From contig OZ250169.1 of the NCBI GenBank assembly GCA_965237955.1, positions 7,264,001-7,328,000 on the forward strand: DNA of 64,000 nt. The letters run 5' to 3'. Below the pieces are notes generated by a model, which was not told where the DNA came from, made no database searches, and was given only the letters and a program-made list of their open reading frames with translations. Source of the DNA: Candidatus Marinacidobacterales bacterium (GTDB taxonomy: Bacteria > Acidobacteriota > Vicinamibacteria > Marinacidobacterales > SMYC01). This document shows positions 17,604 to 27,397 of this stretch, in pieces. The translations under genes and the position numbers were made by a program. How positions within the stretch are numbered: position 1 is the first letter of the stretch; the number at the start of each line of letters is the position of its first letter.

Positions 17604-18690
17604 TGCCTTGGTGCACAACTCGCGATCTCGGTCCACAATTGTCCTTTACTCACGGATTCGAGGTTCCCCATGAGCATTTTCAAACGCACTCAGCGGAAGT
17701 ATGTGAAGAAGGCCTATCGCGTGAGGAATTGGCGTGAATATGAGGCGGGTCTACGCAACCGTGGGAGCCTGACCGTCTGGATCTCGCTCACCGCCGGCAA
17801 GCTTGTGAACTGGGACGCGCCCCGGCCGAGGAGGAGGAAACCGGGCCGTCAACGCAAGTACTCGAACCACGCCATCGAGACGGCTGTCACCCTGGGCATG
17901 GTGTTTCATCTGTCATCTAGGCAGAGCGAGGGATTGCTGCGATCGTTGTTCGCTCTGATGAAGCTAGACAATGATGTGCCCGATCACACCACGATCTCGA
18001 GGCGCAAGGCGAAGCTGGGTAAGGTCCCCTTCTACCAAGACAAGCAGAAGACGCCGTTGCACATCTTGATCGACAGCAGCGGTCTCGCTGTCCACGCCGG
18101 CCAGCTGCGCAGAGCACCAAAGAGCAGGGACTATCGCAAGCTCCATCTGTGTGTCGACGAGCAGAGTGGCGAAGTCGTCGCCGGCGAGCTGACGAGCAAA
18201 AGAGCCCGCGATTCATCGCGGGTTGCATCGCTTGTCGGACAGATCGACAGTCCCATCTCATCGGCCAGAGCTGACACCGCATACGACGCCGGCGGCGTCT
18301 ATGAGGCAATCGAGAATCACAGCGCTCATTGCTCGCCGAGGGTGCTGATACCGCCGCGCAAGGGCGCCCAGCTCGCATCGGGGCCGGCGAGCAGCCGACA
18401 GCGCAATCGCAACATTGCAGCACAAGCTCGGCTCGGCAAACGAAAGTGGCACACAGAATCGGGCTACAGCAAACGGAGCAAAGTCGAGACAACGTTCCAT
18501 CGCTACAAGGCTATCGTGGGCTCAGCGATGCGAGCGAGAGGGTTGGCGGCACAGAGAGTCGAGGCAAGGATCGGGTGCAAGATTCTGAACACCATGACGG
18601 CGCTCGGGATGCCTGATAGCGAGATGATCGGATGATGGGAGTCGGGGCCAAGCGAGCTCTCGGCCTCTATCGGAGTTGTGCACCAAGGCA
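17604..18690 (+). mobile_element. IS5 family (IS903 group), copy 2
   Basis: Same 18-bp IRs; near-identical to copy 1. Confidence 0.92.
17670..18635 (+). CDS. IS5 family DDE transposase
   Basis: 321 aa, protein identical to copy 1. Confidence 0.93.
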   Translation: MSIFKRTQRKYVKKAYRVRNWREYEAGLRNRGSLTVWISLTAGKLVNWDAPRPRRRKPGRQRKYSNHAIETAVTLGMVFHLSSRQSEGLLRSLFALMKLDNDVPDHTTISRRKAKLGKVPFYQDKQKTPLHILIDSSGLAVHAGQLRRAPKSRDYRKLHLCVDEQSGEVVAGELTSKRARDSSRVASLVGQIDSPISSARADTAYDAGGVYEAIENHSAHCSPRVLIPPRKGAQLASGPASSRQRNRNIAAQARLGKRKWHTESGYSKRSKVETTFHRYKAIVGSAMRARGLAAQRVEARIGCKILNTMTALGMPDSEMIG

Positions 18691-19408
18691 GATAAATGGC
18701 AGGACTTCTGCAACGAGTGCGCGACGCGGGAGATTCCGGAGCGGCCTAGTAGGGAAGTGGCCCCGCGCCTGCGCGTGATTCGTGGCGGCAAGTCCAGTTG
18801 GGGAGCGGCCCAGTTCCAAGAGAAGCGGCAACCGCTGGCTCACGCCGGTGTCATCACCGAGACCGAGGCCACCCGAGCACTAGCGCTAGCGTCAAACGGT
18901 TTGGGTGATCTCTTCGACCCCTTTGCCGGGTCGAAAGCGCTTGACCTTGCGCGTCATCTCCTCGTTGAAGAACAGAGCCGCACATCGTGCCTAGAAGGAC
19001 GAGCAGCGCGGCGCGCGTGTGCCTCAAGCTTGTGCTGTTTCGGTCTTGGACCCCAAGATCTTCGAGGCGATCACACCTACGAGCGTGCCGACGCCGACGG
19101 TCCAGATGCCGATCCAGACGACGAGTTGGGCGACGACCCCGCCGAGCAGGAACTTTCCCGCCGCAGACGTTGCGGGGAAGTCCGGTGGAAACGCGTCGTA
19201 ATGCGTGCCCCACTCCCCGAAGATGGCGAGACCCATAATAATGATGACGGGAATGCGCGCTGCCAGTCCGTAGTAGAAGAGCGTCTTCGCCAAATTCTTC
19301 CAGAAAGTTCCGGAGGCACCGATGAGCTTGGTCGCGAAATACACCGCGAAGATCGGAACCAACCACACAATGCCGATGACGGCGCCACCTCCGCCCGACT
19401 CCTTGCTA

Positions 19409-20591
19409 GTCCCATGGAACAGAAAAAGCTAGACAACACTGGCACTTCTGTGATCTGCTAAATGCATGAAACACAAGGGCCGGCGAAAAGCCGAATTGAA
19501 GCTGTCGTCTCAAGAAAGCGAAGCGCTGACGCGACTGGCGCGACGCAGCCGTAGTTCGCCGCACCAAGCCTTCCGAGCGAAGATCGTGCTGGATTGCGCG
19601 GCGGGTCTGACGAATATGGAAGTTGCTAGGAAGATGCACACCATGAGGAGCACGGTGGGCAAGTGGCGAAGACGCTTTGTAGAACAACGAATGGAAGGGT
19701 TGTACGACGAACCTCGGCCGGGAGCGGCTCGCAAAATCGGCGATGACCAGATCGAGGAAGTCGTGACCAAGACGCTGGCGACGACTCCAAAGGGGAGAAC
19801 CCATTGGAGTACGCGCTCGATGGCCAAGCATCTTGGGCTGAGTCATTCGACGATTGGACGTATTTGGCGAACGTTCGGGCTTCAACCGCACCGCTCGGAA
19901 TCGTTTCGTCTCTCGCAAGACCCACAACTGGTCGAAAAAGTACGCGACGTTGTTGGCCTGTATATGAACCCACCGGATAACGCGGTCGTCCTGTGCGTCG
20001 ACGAGAAATCGCAGATTCAAGCGCTCGAGCGTGCTCAACCTGTCCTGCCCATGAGCTTGGGCCAGCCCGAGCGACAAACCCACGACTACATTCGGCATGG
20101 AACGACTGACCTGTTTGCCGCACTCGACGCCGCAACAGGTGAAGTCTTCGGAAAGTGCTACGCGCGACATCGAGCGCTAGAGTTCAAGAAGTTCCTCGCT
20201 GAGATCGAAGCAGCCGTTCCCAGCGAGTTGGACATCCACGTCGTGCTCGACAATCTCGCCACGCACAAGACACCGGCGATCAAACGCTGGCTTTCCAAGC
20301 GACCTCGGTTCCACTTTCACTTCACACCGACACACGCCTCTTGGCTCAACTTCGCTGAGCGCTTCTTTGGCTTGCTCACCGAACACGCCTTGCGACGAGG
20401 CTCGCACACGAGCGTGCCTCAGCTCCGCGTTGCGATACAAGACTATCTCGATGCTCACAACGAGAACCCAAAGCCGTTCAAGTGGACGAAATCCGCCGAC
20501 CAAATCCTCGAAACCATCGCTCGGTTCGCCCAGCGAACGCTCGATACACATGGCAAATCGAATTTGGACAGTAATTAAAGATCCAGGGGAC
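19409..20591 (+). mobile_element. IS630 family insertion sequence
   Basis: Inserted in CTAG with TA duplication; IRs GTCCCATGGAAC / GATCCAGGGGAC. Confidence 0.92.
19466..20578 (+). CDS. IS630 family transposase
   Basis: [59 protein letters not shown]. Confidence 0.95.
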   Translation: MKHKGRRKAELKLSSQESEALTRLARRSRSSPHQAFRAKIVLDCAAGLTNMEVARKMHTMRSTVGKWRRRFVEQRMEGLYDEPRPGAARKIGDDQIEEVVTKTLATTPKGRTHWSTRSMAKHLGLSHSTIGRIWRTFGLQPHRSESFRLSQDPQLVEKVRDVVGLYMNPPDNAVVLCVDEKSQIQALERAQPVLPMSLGQPERQTHDYIRHGTTDLFAALDAATGEVFGKCYARHRALEFKKFLAEIEAAVPSELDIHVVLDNLATHKTPAIKRWLSKRPRFHFHFTPTHASWLNFAERFFGLLTEHALRRGSHTSVPQLRVAIQDYLDAHNENPKPFKWTKSADQILETIARFAQRTLDTHGKSNLDSN

Positions 20592-20791
20592 TAGCGAGCC
20601 ACGCTGGCAGGTTGCCGAATTCCGCCAATAGTCTGACGATGGTGACCACGGCGGTGATGATCGCCGGGACGGTGATGAGTTTCTTGATATCGATTCCGTT
20701 CGTGTCGGTCATTTGCCCCTCCTGCTCTCGCTTAAGTACACCAAGGGAGCCGTGAAAGCAACTTCGTTGGGTCTCCGTATTACTAACACCC

Positions 20792-21061
20792 ATGTTTTCC
20801 TGGAAAAAAACTCGCCGCAGAGGCGCAGAGGACGCAGAGATTCGCAGAGAGTATTTGTTGGAGGAAGCTACGCGCTTGAGTGGTGAGAGAACCTTTTCCG
20901 CTGCCGTGAACCGGGCCCTCGACCACTACGTTCGGCGGGCAAAAGCTGGCCGAATTCTGGAGTTGGCTGGAAGAGGACTGTGGGAGGGAAACCTCTCGGA
21001 AATGAGGGGCGATCGCAGCGCTCGCTCGAACAAACACAAGGCCGGTCGTGGTACTCGTTGA
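20792..21061 (+). CDS. VapB-type antitoxin with N-terminus replaced by repeat-derived sequence (possibly a pseudogene)
   Basis: LLEEATRLSGERTFSAAVNRAL..RRAKAGRILELAG..WEGNLSEMR; overlaps the PIN gene. Confidence 0.65.
   Translation: MFSWKKTRRRGAEDAEIRREYLLEEATRLSGERTFSAAVNRALDHYVRRAKAGRILELAGRGLWEGNLSEMRGDRSARSNKHKAGRGTR
20813..20850 (+). repeat. Four CGCAGAG units (short REP-like repeat)
   Basis: cgccgcagaggcgcagaggacgcagagattcgcagaga. Confidence 0.6.
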
Positions 21062-21437
21062 CACCTCTGTCTGGATTGAGATCTTCAAGAAGCCGCCCGG
21101 GCTCGATTTGACGGCATTGGTGGACATCGACGAGGTGGCAGTCTGTCTACCCGTGATTCAGGAGGTCGTTCAGGGTTTCCGCGATGAGCGCGCGTTCGAC
21201 GTTGCGCGGGAAGCCATGCTCTCCTTTCCGGTAGTGGAGTCCCCTCTTGAAGAGTCGGTTTTCATGGAAGGCGCCTCGCTCTATCGGAGCGCCCGGCGCC
21301 GCGGATTTACTGTGCGCTCGAGCGTCGATTGCCTGATCGCGACGTGCGCGATCCGAAACGACTTAGAAGTGTTGCACCGTGACCGAGACTTCACCACTCT
21401 GGCTGAAGTGTCGCCGCTAAAGCTGCGTTCGCTGTGA
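21048..21437 (+). CDS. vapC: PIN-domain VapC toxin
   Basis: VLVDTSVWI, QEVVQG, SSVDCLIA, LHRDRDF. Confidence 0.9.
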   Translation: MVLVDTSVWIEIFKKPPGLDLTALVDIDEVAVCLPVIQEVVQGFRDERAFDVAREAMLSFPVVESPLEESVFMEGASLYRSARRRGFTVRSSVDCLIATCAIRNDLEVLHRDRDFTTLAEVSPLKLRSL

Positions 21438-21463
21438 GAGCGATCCGGTGTGCGGCTCTCTTG

Positions 21464-22156
21464 CTAGACGCCGGCTTCGCGTAACGCTTTCTTTGCAGTG
21501 CGGGTGATCAGGATGGTCACCGCGAGCGTGGCGAGAAGGCCTACGACCTGGAGCACGATCTTCAGGGTCTCCGCGCTCTCGGCGCCCGAGGCGGCTTCGA
21601 GGCCGCTTCGTCCCAAGGTTCCGAAATACACGTAGAGGAACGTTCCCGGGATCATGCCGATCCACGTCGCCAGCGTGTAGTGCCAGAAGGTGACGCTGGT
21701 CAGCCCGTACGCGTAGTTCTGGAAATTGAACGGAAAGATCGGCGATAGCCGGGTGAGGAAAACGATCTTCCAGCCCTGTTTCGCGACGGCCTTGTCGATC
21801 ACGTTGAACGACGGCTTTTCCTGAATCCAGCCTTCGACGCGCTTTCGTGCTACGAACCGCGACACGAGGAATCCGAGCGCGGCCCCGAGCGTGGCGCCAT
21901 GCAAGACGGTGACGAATCCAGGAAGCAACCCGAACACGGCTCCGCCCGCGAGCGTCAGGAGCGAGCCCGGAATCATCAGAACCGTGGCGACAGCGTAGAC
22001 GAGCGCGAACAGCACCATCCCCAAGACGCCGAGCTCGCTGACCCAGGCACTGAAGACCTTGAGCCAATCGGCGACGGGTAGCATGCGCGCGGCGACGATG
22101 AAGCCGACAAGAACCACCGCGATCAGACCGTATTTGACGTAGTTCTTGGCCGCCAT
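21464..22156 (-). CDS. TVP38/TMEM64 (VTT) membrane protein
   Basis: IPGSLLTLAGGAVFG, LTRLSPIFPFNFQNYAYGLT, GMIPGTFLYVYFG. Confidence 0.9.
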   Translation of the reverse strand: MAAKNYVKYGLIAVVLVGFIVAARMLPVADWLKVFSAWVSELGVLGMVLFALVYAVATVLMIPGSLLTLAGGAVFGLLPGFVTVLHGATLGAALGFLVSRFVARKRVEGWIQEKPSFNVIDKAVAKQGWKIVFLTRLSPIFPFNFQNYAYGLTSVTFWHYTLATWIGMIPGTFLYVYFGTLGRSGLEAASGAESAETLKIVLQVVGLLATLAVTILITRTAKKALREAGV

Positions 22157-23613
22157 CAGGAACGCCCCCGTTTGTAGAGCCATTTGAAGATGTTAGCGAC
22201 CGTCGCCGTCAGCTTCGTTTTCTGGAACGAGTCGGCGACGCGCTGCACCGAAGACGACAGATTCGGATACGCGTGGATGGTTCCGGAGAGTTTGGAGAGA
22301 CCAATGCCGTGTTTGGCGGCGACGAGCACTTCGTGGATGACTTCGCCGGCGTGGACGCCGGTCACCGTCGCACCGAGAATCTTGTCTTTGCCGGCCTCGG
22401 TGAGAACTTTGATGAAGCCTGTAGTCTCGCTGTCGGTGATCGCGCGATCGAGATCGTTCCAGTCGAAGCGGAAGACGTCGTAGGCGACGTTTTGCTTCTT
22501 GGCCTCGTCCTCGGTCAGACCGCAGTGGGCGACTTCCGGATCGGTGTAGGTGACCCAGGGCATCCAAGTATAGTCCGCCTTGGTCTTGAACCACGGAATG
22601 AGAATGTTCCGAACGACGATCCGTGCCTGGTAGTCGGCGGAGTGCGTGAACTGATACGGGCCGGCGACATCGCCGCAGGCGAAAATGTGTGGCTGCGACG
22701 TCGTCAAGGTCTCATCGACTTTGACGCCCCCGCGGTCGAACTCGACGCCGGCTTCCTCGAGACCGAGGTTGTCGACGTTCGCTTTGCGGCCAGTTGCGAC
22801 CAACAGCGCCTCCGATTCCAGCTTCCTCTGCTCTCCGTCTTCATTCTCGACGGTCGCGACAACGAGCTCGTCCTTCTGTTCGAAGCTCGTCGCTTTTGTG
22901 CCGGTGAAGACCTCGATGCCTTCTTCCGCGAAGCGCTTGGTGATGAGCGCGCTCGCGTCGGCGTCGTCGCGCGGTAAAAGCCTCGGCAGAAGCTCGACGA
23001 GCTTCACCTGAACGCCGAGCCGCCTCATAACTTGAGCGAACTCGCAGCCGATGGGCCCGCCCCCGAGGATGATGATCGACTTCGGCGCCTTCGGCATGTC
23101 GTCGAAGATGGTCTCGTTCGTGAAGTAAGGAACCTTGTCGAGACAGGGGATGGGCAGAACGAGTGCTTTCGTCCCGGTCGCGATCACGAAATTCCGGGCT
23201 TTCAGCCGGGTACCGTCATCGATTTCGACTTCGTGCGGGGAGACGAACTTCGCGCGCCCTTGGAACACGTCGACGCCGAGGCCTTCGAAGCGTTCGACGG
23301 AGTCGTTGGGCTCGATCTTGGCCCGCCGCTCGCGCATGCGCGCGAACACGTCTTCAAATCGAAACGACGGTTCCATGTCGGAAAGACCCATCTTCTTCGC
23401 GTGGCGGATACGCTCGATGAGCTTCGCCGACGAGATGAGTGCTTTCGAAGGAACGCATCCGTAGTTCAAACAGTCGCCGCCCATTTTTCCGGCTTCGATC
23501 AAAGCCGCCCGCCCGCCCAGCCCGACCGTGCCGGCGGACGTGACCAGGCCCGCGGTGCCGGCGCCGATGACGACGACGTTGTAACGCCCGTTTCCCTTGA
23601 CTTCTTCGCTCAT
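22156..23613 (-). CDS. MerA/LpdA-like pyridine nucleotide-disulfide oxidoreductase
   Basis: IGAGTAG, GGDCLNYGCVPSK, GGGPIGCE, YQFTH, TYTDPEVA, IHAYP; no C-terminal CC pair of true MerA. Confidence 0.9.
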   Translation of the reverse strand: MSEEVKGNGRYNVVVIGAGTAGLVTSAGTVGLGGRAALIEAGKMGGDCLNYGCVPSKALISSAKLIERIRHAKKMGLSDMEPSFRFEDVFARMRERRAKIEPNDSVERFEGLGVDVFQGRAKFVSPHEVEIDDGTRLKARNFVIATGTKALVLPIPCLDKVPYFTNETIFDDMPKAPKSIIILGGGPIGCEFAQVMRRLGVQVKLVELLPRLLPRDDADASALITKRFAEEGIEVFTGTKATSFEQKDELVVATVENEDGEQRKLESEALLVATGRKANVDNLGLEEAGVEFDRGGVKVDETLTTSQPHIFACGDVAGPYQFTHSADYQARIVVRNILIPWFKTKADYTWMPWVTYTDPEVAHCGLTEDEAKKQNVAYDVFRFDWNDLDRAITDSETTGFIKVLTEAGKDKILGATVTGVHAGEVIHEVLVAAKHGIGLSKLSGTIHAYPNLSSSVQRVADSFQKTKLTATVANIFKWLYKRGRS

Positions 23614-23725
23614 GAGCTACCTGAGTCTCCAATATCGACAGGTGCGCACCTGTGAGGTGGCTCATACTTGTACAGTGTTGGAGTTCATTGTTGCAACCAG
23701 GACGTCCGATCGGAAAACATAGGGT

Positions 23726-24391
23726 GTGATTCTTGGAATCGACGAGGCGGGTCGTGGGCCGGTCCTGGGTCCCATGGTCGTCGCCGGTGTCGTGCTCAAA
23801 CCTCAAGCGGCTTCGGCGCTCACCCGGCGCGGTGTCACCGACTCCAAGGATTTCGGGGCCGGAGCACAAGCCCGCGAGCGGCGCTCTGAGCTCGCGGAGC
23901 ACGTGTTCCGACTTGCCGAAGATGTGCAGGTCGAAGTCTACGACCACGAGGAAGTGGATCGTTATTGCGACCAGGGTCTGCTGAACGAGCTCGAGCGCAA
24001 GGCGGCGTCGAACATCATCGAGCGTACCGTGCCGGTCAAAAGGATCGTTGCCGACGGCGAGAAGGTTTTCGGGTTATTGCGCCGGCGCTACGCCCACCTG
24101 AGGGCATTCGACTTTGGCGAGCAGCATCATGTCGCGGTCGCCGCGGCCTCGATCGTTGCCAAAGTTAGGCGCGACGCGCTCTTCGGTGACATCGCCGCGC
24201 GCTACGACGCCGAGTTCGGCCCGATCCGCGGCGGCGGCTACGTGAACGCCGCCACCGCCGACTTCCTGAGACGTTATCACGAGCGCTATCAGCGATTACC
24301 GGACGAGACCCGGCGAAGCTGGAGCTGGAAAGTGCTAGCCGAGCTAGAACCGCGCCCGCTCCCCCTGTTCAACGACTCCGAAACCGGATAG
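23726..24391 (+). CDS. rnhB: Ribonuclease HII
   Basis: GIDEAGRGPVLGPMV, DSK, VAAASIVAKVRRD, GGY. Confidence 0.9.
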   Translation: MILGIDEAGRGPVLGPMVVAGVVLKPQAASALTRRGVTDSKDFGAGAQARERRSELAEHVFRLAEDVQVEVYDHEEVDRYCDQGLLNELERKAASNIIERTVPVKRIVADGEKVFGLLRRRYAHLRAFDFGEQHHVAVAAASIVAKVRRDALFGDIAARYDAEFGPIRGGGYVNAATADFLRRYHERYQRLPDETRRSWSWKVLAELEPRPLPLFNDSETG

Positions 24392-24533
24392 AGGACAGCC
24401 GGATCCTCACGCGTCCACTGTTTGGACGTTCGCGGTTCACGACCTATACTGGTCGTCGGGAGCCGGAAAATTTTTCAACTGACTTGGTCGATGCTCGGTT
24501 CTACCGGGCGACCTGTCGGCCAGAGATTAGCTT

Positions 24534-26366
24534 TTGAAACAGTCAATAATCAGGCGACGTGTCCTCGATACGTTGGTGGGCGGAATAGCGCTCACATTGA
24601 TCGGAACGAGTCATGCTGCTGAATCGCCCCGCTTCGATCGCAAAGCTCTCGAAGAGCACATCCACTATCTAGCTTCCGAAGAGCTCGGAGGCCGCGGTAA
24701 CGGCACCGACGGGTTACGGCTCGCCGCTCTTTACGTTGCTTCCGAGTTCGAAAAGCTCGAGCTGAGCCCGGCGGGCGAGAGCGGTACATACTTCCAGACG
24801 TTCCGCCTCATAGTCGGCAAAGAGATTGGCCGATGGACGCAGGTCTCCCTGCGCTACTCCGAAAGCGCGCAGCTCCTCGAATACGCTTCTGATTTTCAGC
24901 CGATGACGTTCAGCTCCGCAGGCGAGCTGTCCGCGCCGGTGGTTTTCGCAGGTTACGGAGTGACGGCGCCCGAGCACGACTACGACGACTACAGCGACGT
25001 CGATGTCGAAGGGAAGATCGTCATGTTGCTCCGCTACGTACCGGGGCAGTCACTCGAGCAAGGTCCGTTCGAGAAGAACGGGTGGCACGCGACGTTCGTG
25101 CGGAAGGCGGAGAACGCGGTAAGCCATGGCGCCGCGGGAGTCATCATCGTCAACGGGCCGCTTCACAATCGCGAAGACCGGCTCATCCCTTTTGGTGTCG
25201 ATGTCGGCGCCGAGAGCATGCCCGTTCCCGCGATGCACTTGAGGCGTGAGTTCGCGGAGCAGCTTCTGCGAGCGGCCGGGGCCAGCCTCGGTGACATCCA
25301 GCGGAGCATCGACGAAAGGCTCGTGCCTCGCTCGTTCGAGTTGGAAGGCGTCTCCGTCGATATCACTATCGACGTTCGCCGGACCATCGTCGAAGTCTCG
25401 AACGTTCTCGCGTACTTGCCTCCGACGACGGGTGACTCGCCCGAGCACATCGTCATCGGTGCGCACTACGATCACTTAGGACTCGGTGGTTCGGGAAGCC
25501 GCGAACGACAAGCGCACGGTAAGATCCACAACGGTGCCGATGACAATGCGTCAGGCGTTGCCGGCGTTCTCGAGCTCGCACGCGTCTTCCGTGAGCTCGA
25601 AGACCGGCCGCGAGGGATCTTGTTCGCTGCGTTCGCGGGAGAAGAGTTGGGCTTGCGCGGCTCGTACCACTACACCGATAACGCGACGTTCCGCCTCGAA
25701 GACGCGGTGGCGATGATCAATCTGGATATGATCGGTCGATTGCGGCACAAACGCCTTTTCATCGGCGGCGTCGAGATTGTGCCCAGTCTACAACCGACCC
25801 TCGATCGCCTCACCGGCGACGAAGAGCTGACGTATTCGACGCGGTTTTCGGCCGAATCTGCCAGCGATCACGCGTCGTTCATCCGCGCTGGTGTCCCTGC
25901 GCTCTTTTTCTTCACCGGCCTCCACGGTGATTATCACAAGCCCACCGATGATCTGCAGTTCGTCAACTTCGAAGGTATGGAGCAGGTGCTTGAAGTCGGC
26001 TACAACTTGTCGGACCACTTGCTGCGTGCGTCGAAGCGTCCGGTGTTGACCCCGAGGAGAGCGAGCGGCGACCGCGATCTCGTATCCCGTCGCGCGGCGG
26101 AGAGGGCTTACTTCGGAGTTGGTGTCGACAATAGCTTCAAAGGCGAGGGCGCGCGTTTTTCCTACGTGGCGGACGGTGGACCCGCGGCCGAAGCGGGACT
26201 GCAAGCGGGCGATGTGTTGCTCGAGCTAGACGGTCGCGCGGTGCTCTCGGGCGAGCGTGCGGGAGCGATGATCCAACAGCGACGCCCCGGTGAGACCGTC
26301 AGCGCCAAAGTACGCCGCGACAACCGCATCCTCGAAGTGAAGATTCAATTGTCACGCTGGCCGTAA
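24534..26366 (+). CDS. M28 family peptidase with PA and PDZ domains
   Basis: LASEELGGRG, VFAGYG, GAHYDHLG, GADDNASG, GEELGL, NLDMIG, SDHASF, DYHKPTD; C-terminal GPAAEAGLQAGD. Confidence 0.92.
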   Translation: MKQSIIRRRVLDTLVGGIALTLIGTSHAAESPRFDRKALEEHIHYLASEELGGRGNGTDGLRLAALYVASEFEKLELSPAGESGTYFQTFRLIVGKEIGRWTQVSLRYSESAQLLEYASDFQPMTFSSAGELSAPVVFAGYGVTAPEHDYDDYSDVDVEGKIVMLLRYVPGQSLEQGPFEKNGWHATFVRKAENAVSHGAAGVIIVNGPLHNREDRLIPFGVDVGAESMPVPAMHLRREFAEQLLRAAGASLGDIQRSIDERLVPRSFELEGVSVDITIDVRRTIVEVSNVLAYLPPTTGDSPEHIVIGAHYDHLGLGGSGSRERQAHGKIHNGADDNASGVAGVLELARVFRELEDRPRGILFAAFAGEELGLRGSYHYTDNATFRLEDAVAMINLDMIGRLRHKRLFIGGVEIVPSLQPTLDRLTGDEELTYSTRFSAESASDHASFIRAGVPALFFFTGLHGDYHKPTDDLQFVNFEGMEQVLEVGYNLSDHLLRASKRPVLTPRRASGDRDLVSRRAAERAYFGVGVDNSFKGEGARFSYVADGGPAAEAGLQAGDVLLELDGRAVLSGERAGAMIQQRRPGETVSAKVRRDNRILEVKIQLSRWP

Positions 26367-26400
26367 TTCACCTCGGTTCAGCCATCGGCACCGCCCGTCG

Positions 26401-27078
26401 CTAGGCTGGTGGCGGCTGATGGCCGATGGCCGATGGCCCATGGCTCTTCCTAAACAATCCATTCTGCTCCAGGTAGCGCCGCAGGTGTTTTACGTGGTTC
26501 CACATGGCGGGCTTTAGTTTCGCGTTGTAGAGTAGAGCAGCGGGGTGGTAGAACACCATGAACTGGATGCCTGGGTAGTCGCTCAGCGCGAAAAACTTTC
26601 CTGCTTCTTCGGACATTTGGAAGGTCGTTCTCGACTTGTCCATGTGCTTCAAAGCGGTCGCGCCGAGCAACACGATCACTTTGGGCTTCACGATCTCGAT
26701 CTGCCGCTTCAGAAAGGGAATGCACTCGGCGGCCTCTTCGGTGCGAGGGTTACGGTTCTCCGGAGGACGGCACTTCACGACGTTGGCGATGAGCATGTCG
26801 CGATTCGTGTCGAAACCGACGGAGCTCATGATTTTGTCGAAGAGTTGACCGGCACGCCCGACGAAAGCGAGGCCTTGCTTGTCTTCGTTCTCACCCGGAC
26901 CCTCACCGATCACCATGATGTAGGCGGAAGGATTTCCGCGATCGACCACGATGTTCGTGCGCCCCGTGTGCAACGCACACTTGGCGCAGCCGCTGCCACG
27001 GAGCTTTTCTTTGAACTCCGCGTAGCTCGGCGAGCCGAGGATCGTATTGCTAACCGCGTCGAAGAGATCGAATTGCAT
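26401..27078 (-). CDS. Uracil-DNA glycosylase family 4
   Basis: CxxC-L, IGEGPGENED..FVGRAG, NVVKCRPPENR, LGATA, YHPAALL. Confidence 0.92.
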   Translation of the reverse strand: MQFDLFDAVSNTILGSPSYAEFKEKLRGSGCAKCALHTGRTNIVVDRGNPSAYIMVIGEGPGENEDKQGLAFVGRAGQLFDKIMSSVGFDTNRDMLIANVVKCRPPENRNPRTEEAAECIPFLKRQIEIVKPKVIVLLGATALKHMDKSRTTFQMSEEAGKFFALSDYPGIQFMVFYHPAALLYNAKLKPAMWNHVKHLRRYLEQNGLFRKSHGPSAIGHQPPPA

Positions 27079-27397
27079 GGTTTTGCAGTATATCAAGATC
27101 GGCATTCGGCATCTGGGTCAAACCGCACTCTGCCGGTAAGGACGGCTGCGCATGGGATCATCACACTGCGATCATCACACTGCCAGCTCGGCGCGTTGCT
27201 GCTACGAGAGGAGCGGCGAGCCGATGTGGCCATGGTCCCGTCGTCTACCACCCCTCACCTGGGCCCGTCCGTTCGCTCGTCAGCTCGGTCTTGCGCCCGG
27301 GCCCTTTTGAGCGATTGTGGTTGTTGGTTCTAATGAATCATCTACCGAGCCGACTTCCGCAGAGCCACCTGCTGAGACAACAATTTCTTCTATGAAA

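Larger units (their letters stand above)
19024..20712 (-). pseudogene. Small multi-pass membrane protein interrupted by IS630
   Basis: Removing the IS restores ...LPAWLASKESGGGGAVIGIVWLVPIF... in frame; AGGAGG RBS before the ATG at 20712. Confidence 0.85.

Noticed and set aside
18691-19020. 261-aa ORF starting inside the IS5 IR (LRVIRGGK motif)
   Set aside because: It starts in the IS end and mostly lies antisense to the membrane-protein gene; at most a short orphan fragment
22156-23613. Mercuric reductase merA / mercury resistance
   Set aside because: No C-terminal Cys-Cys pair, no NmerA domain and no mer genes nearby
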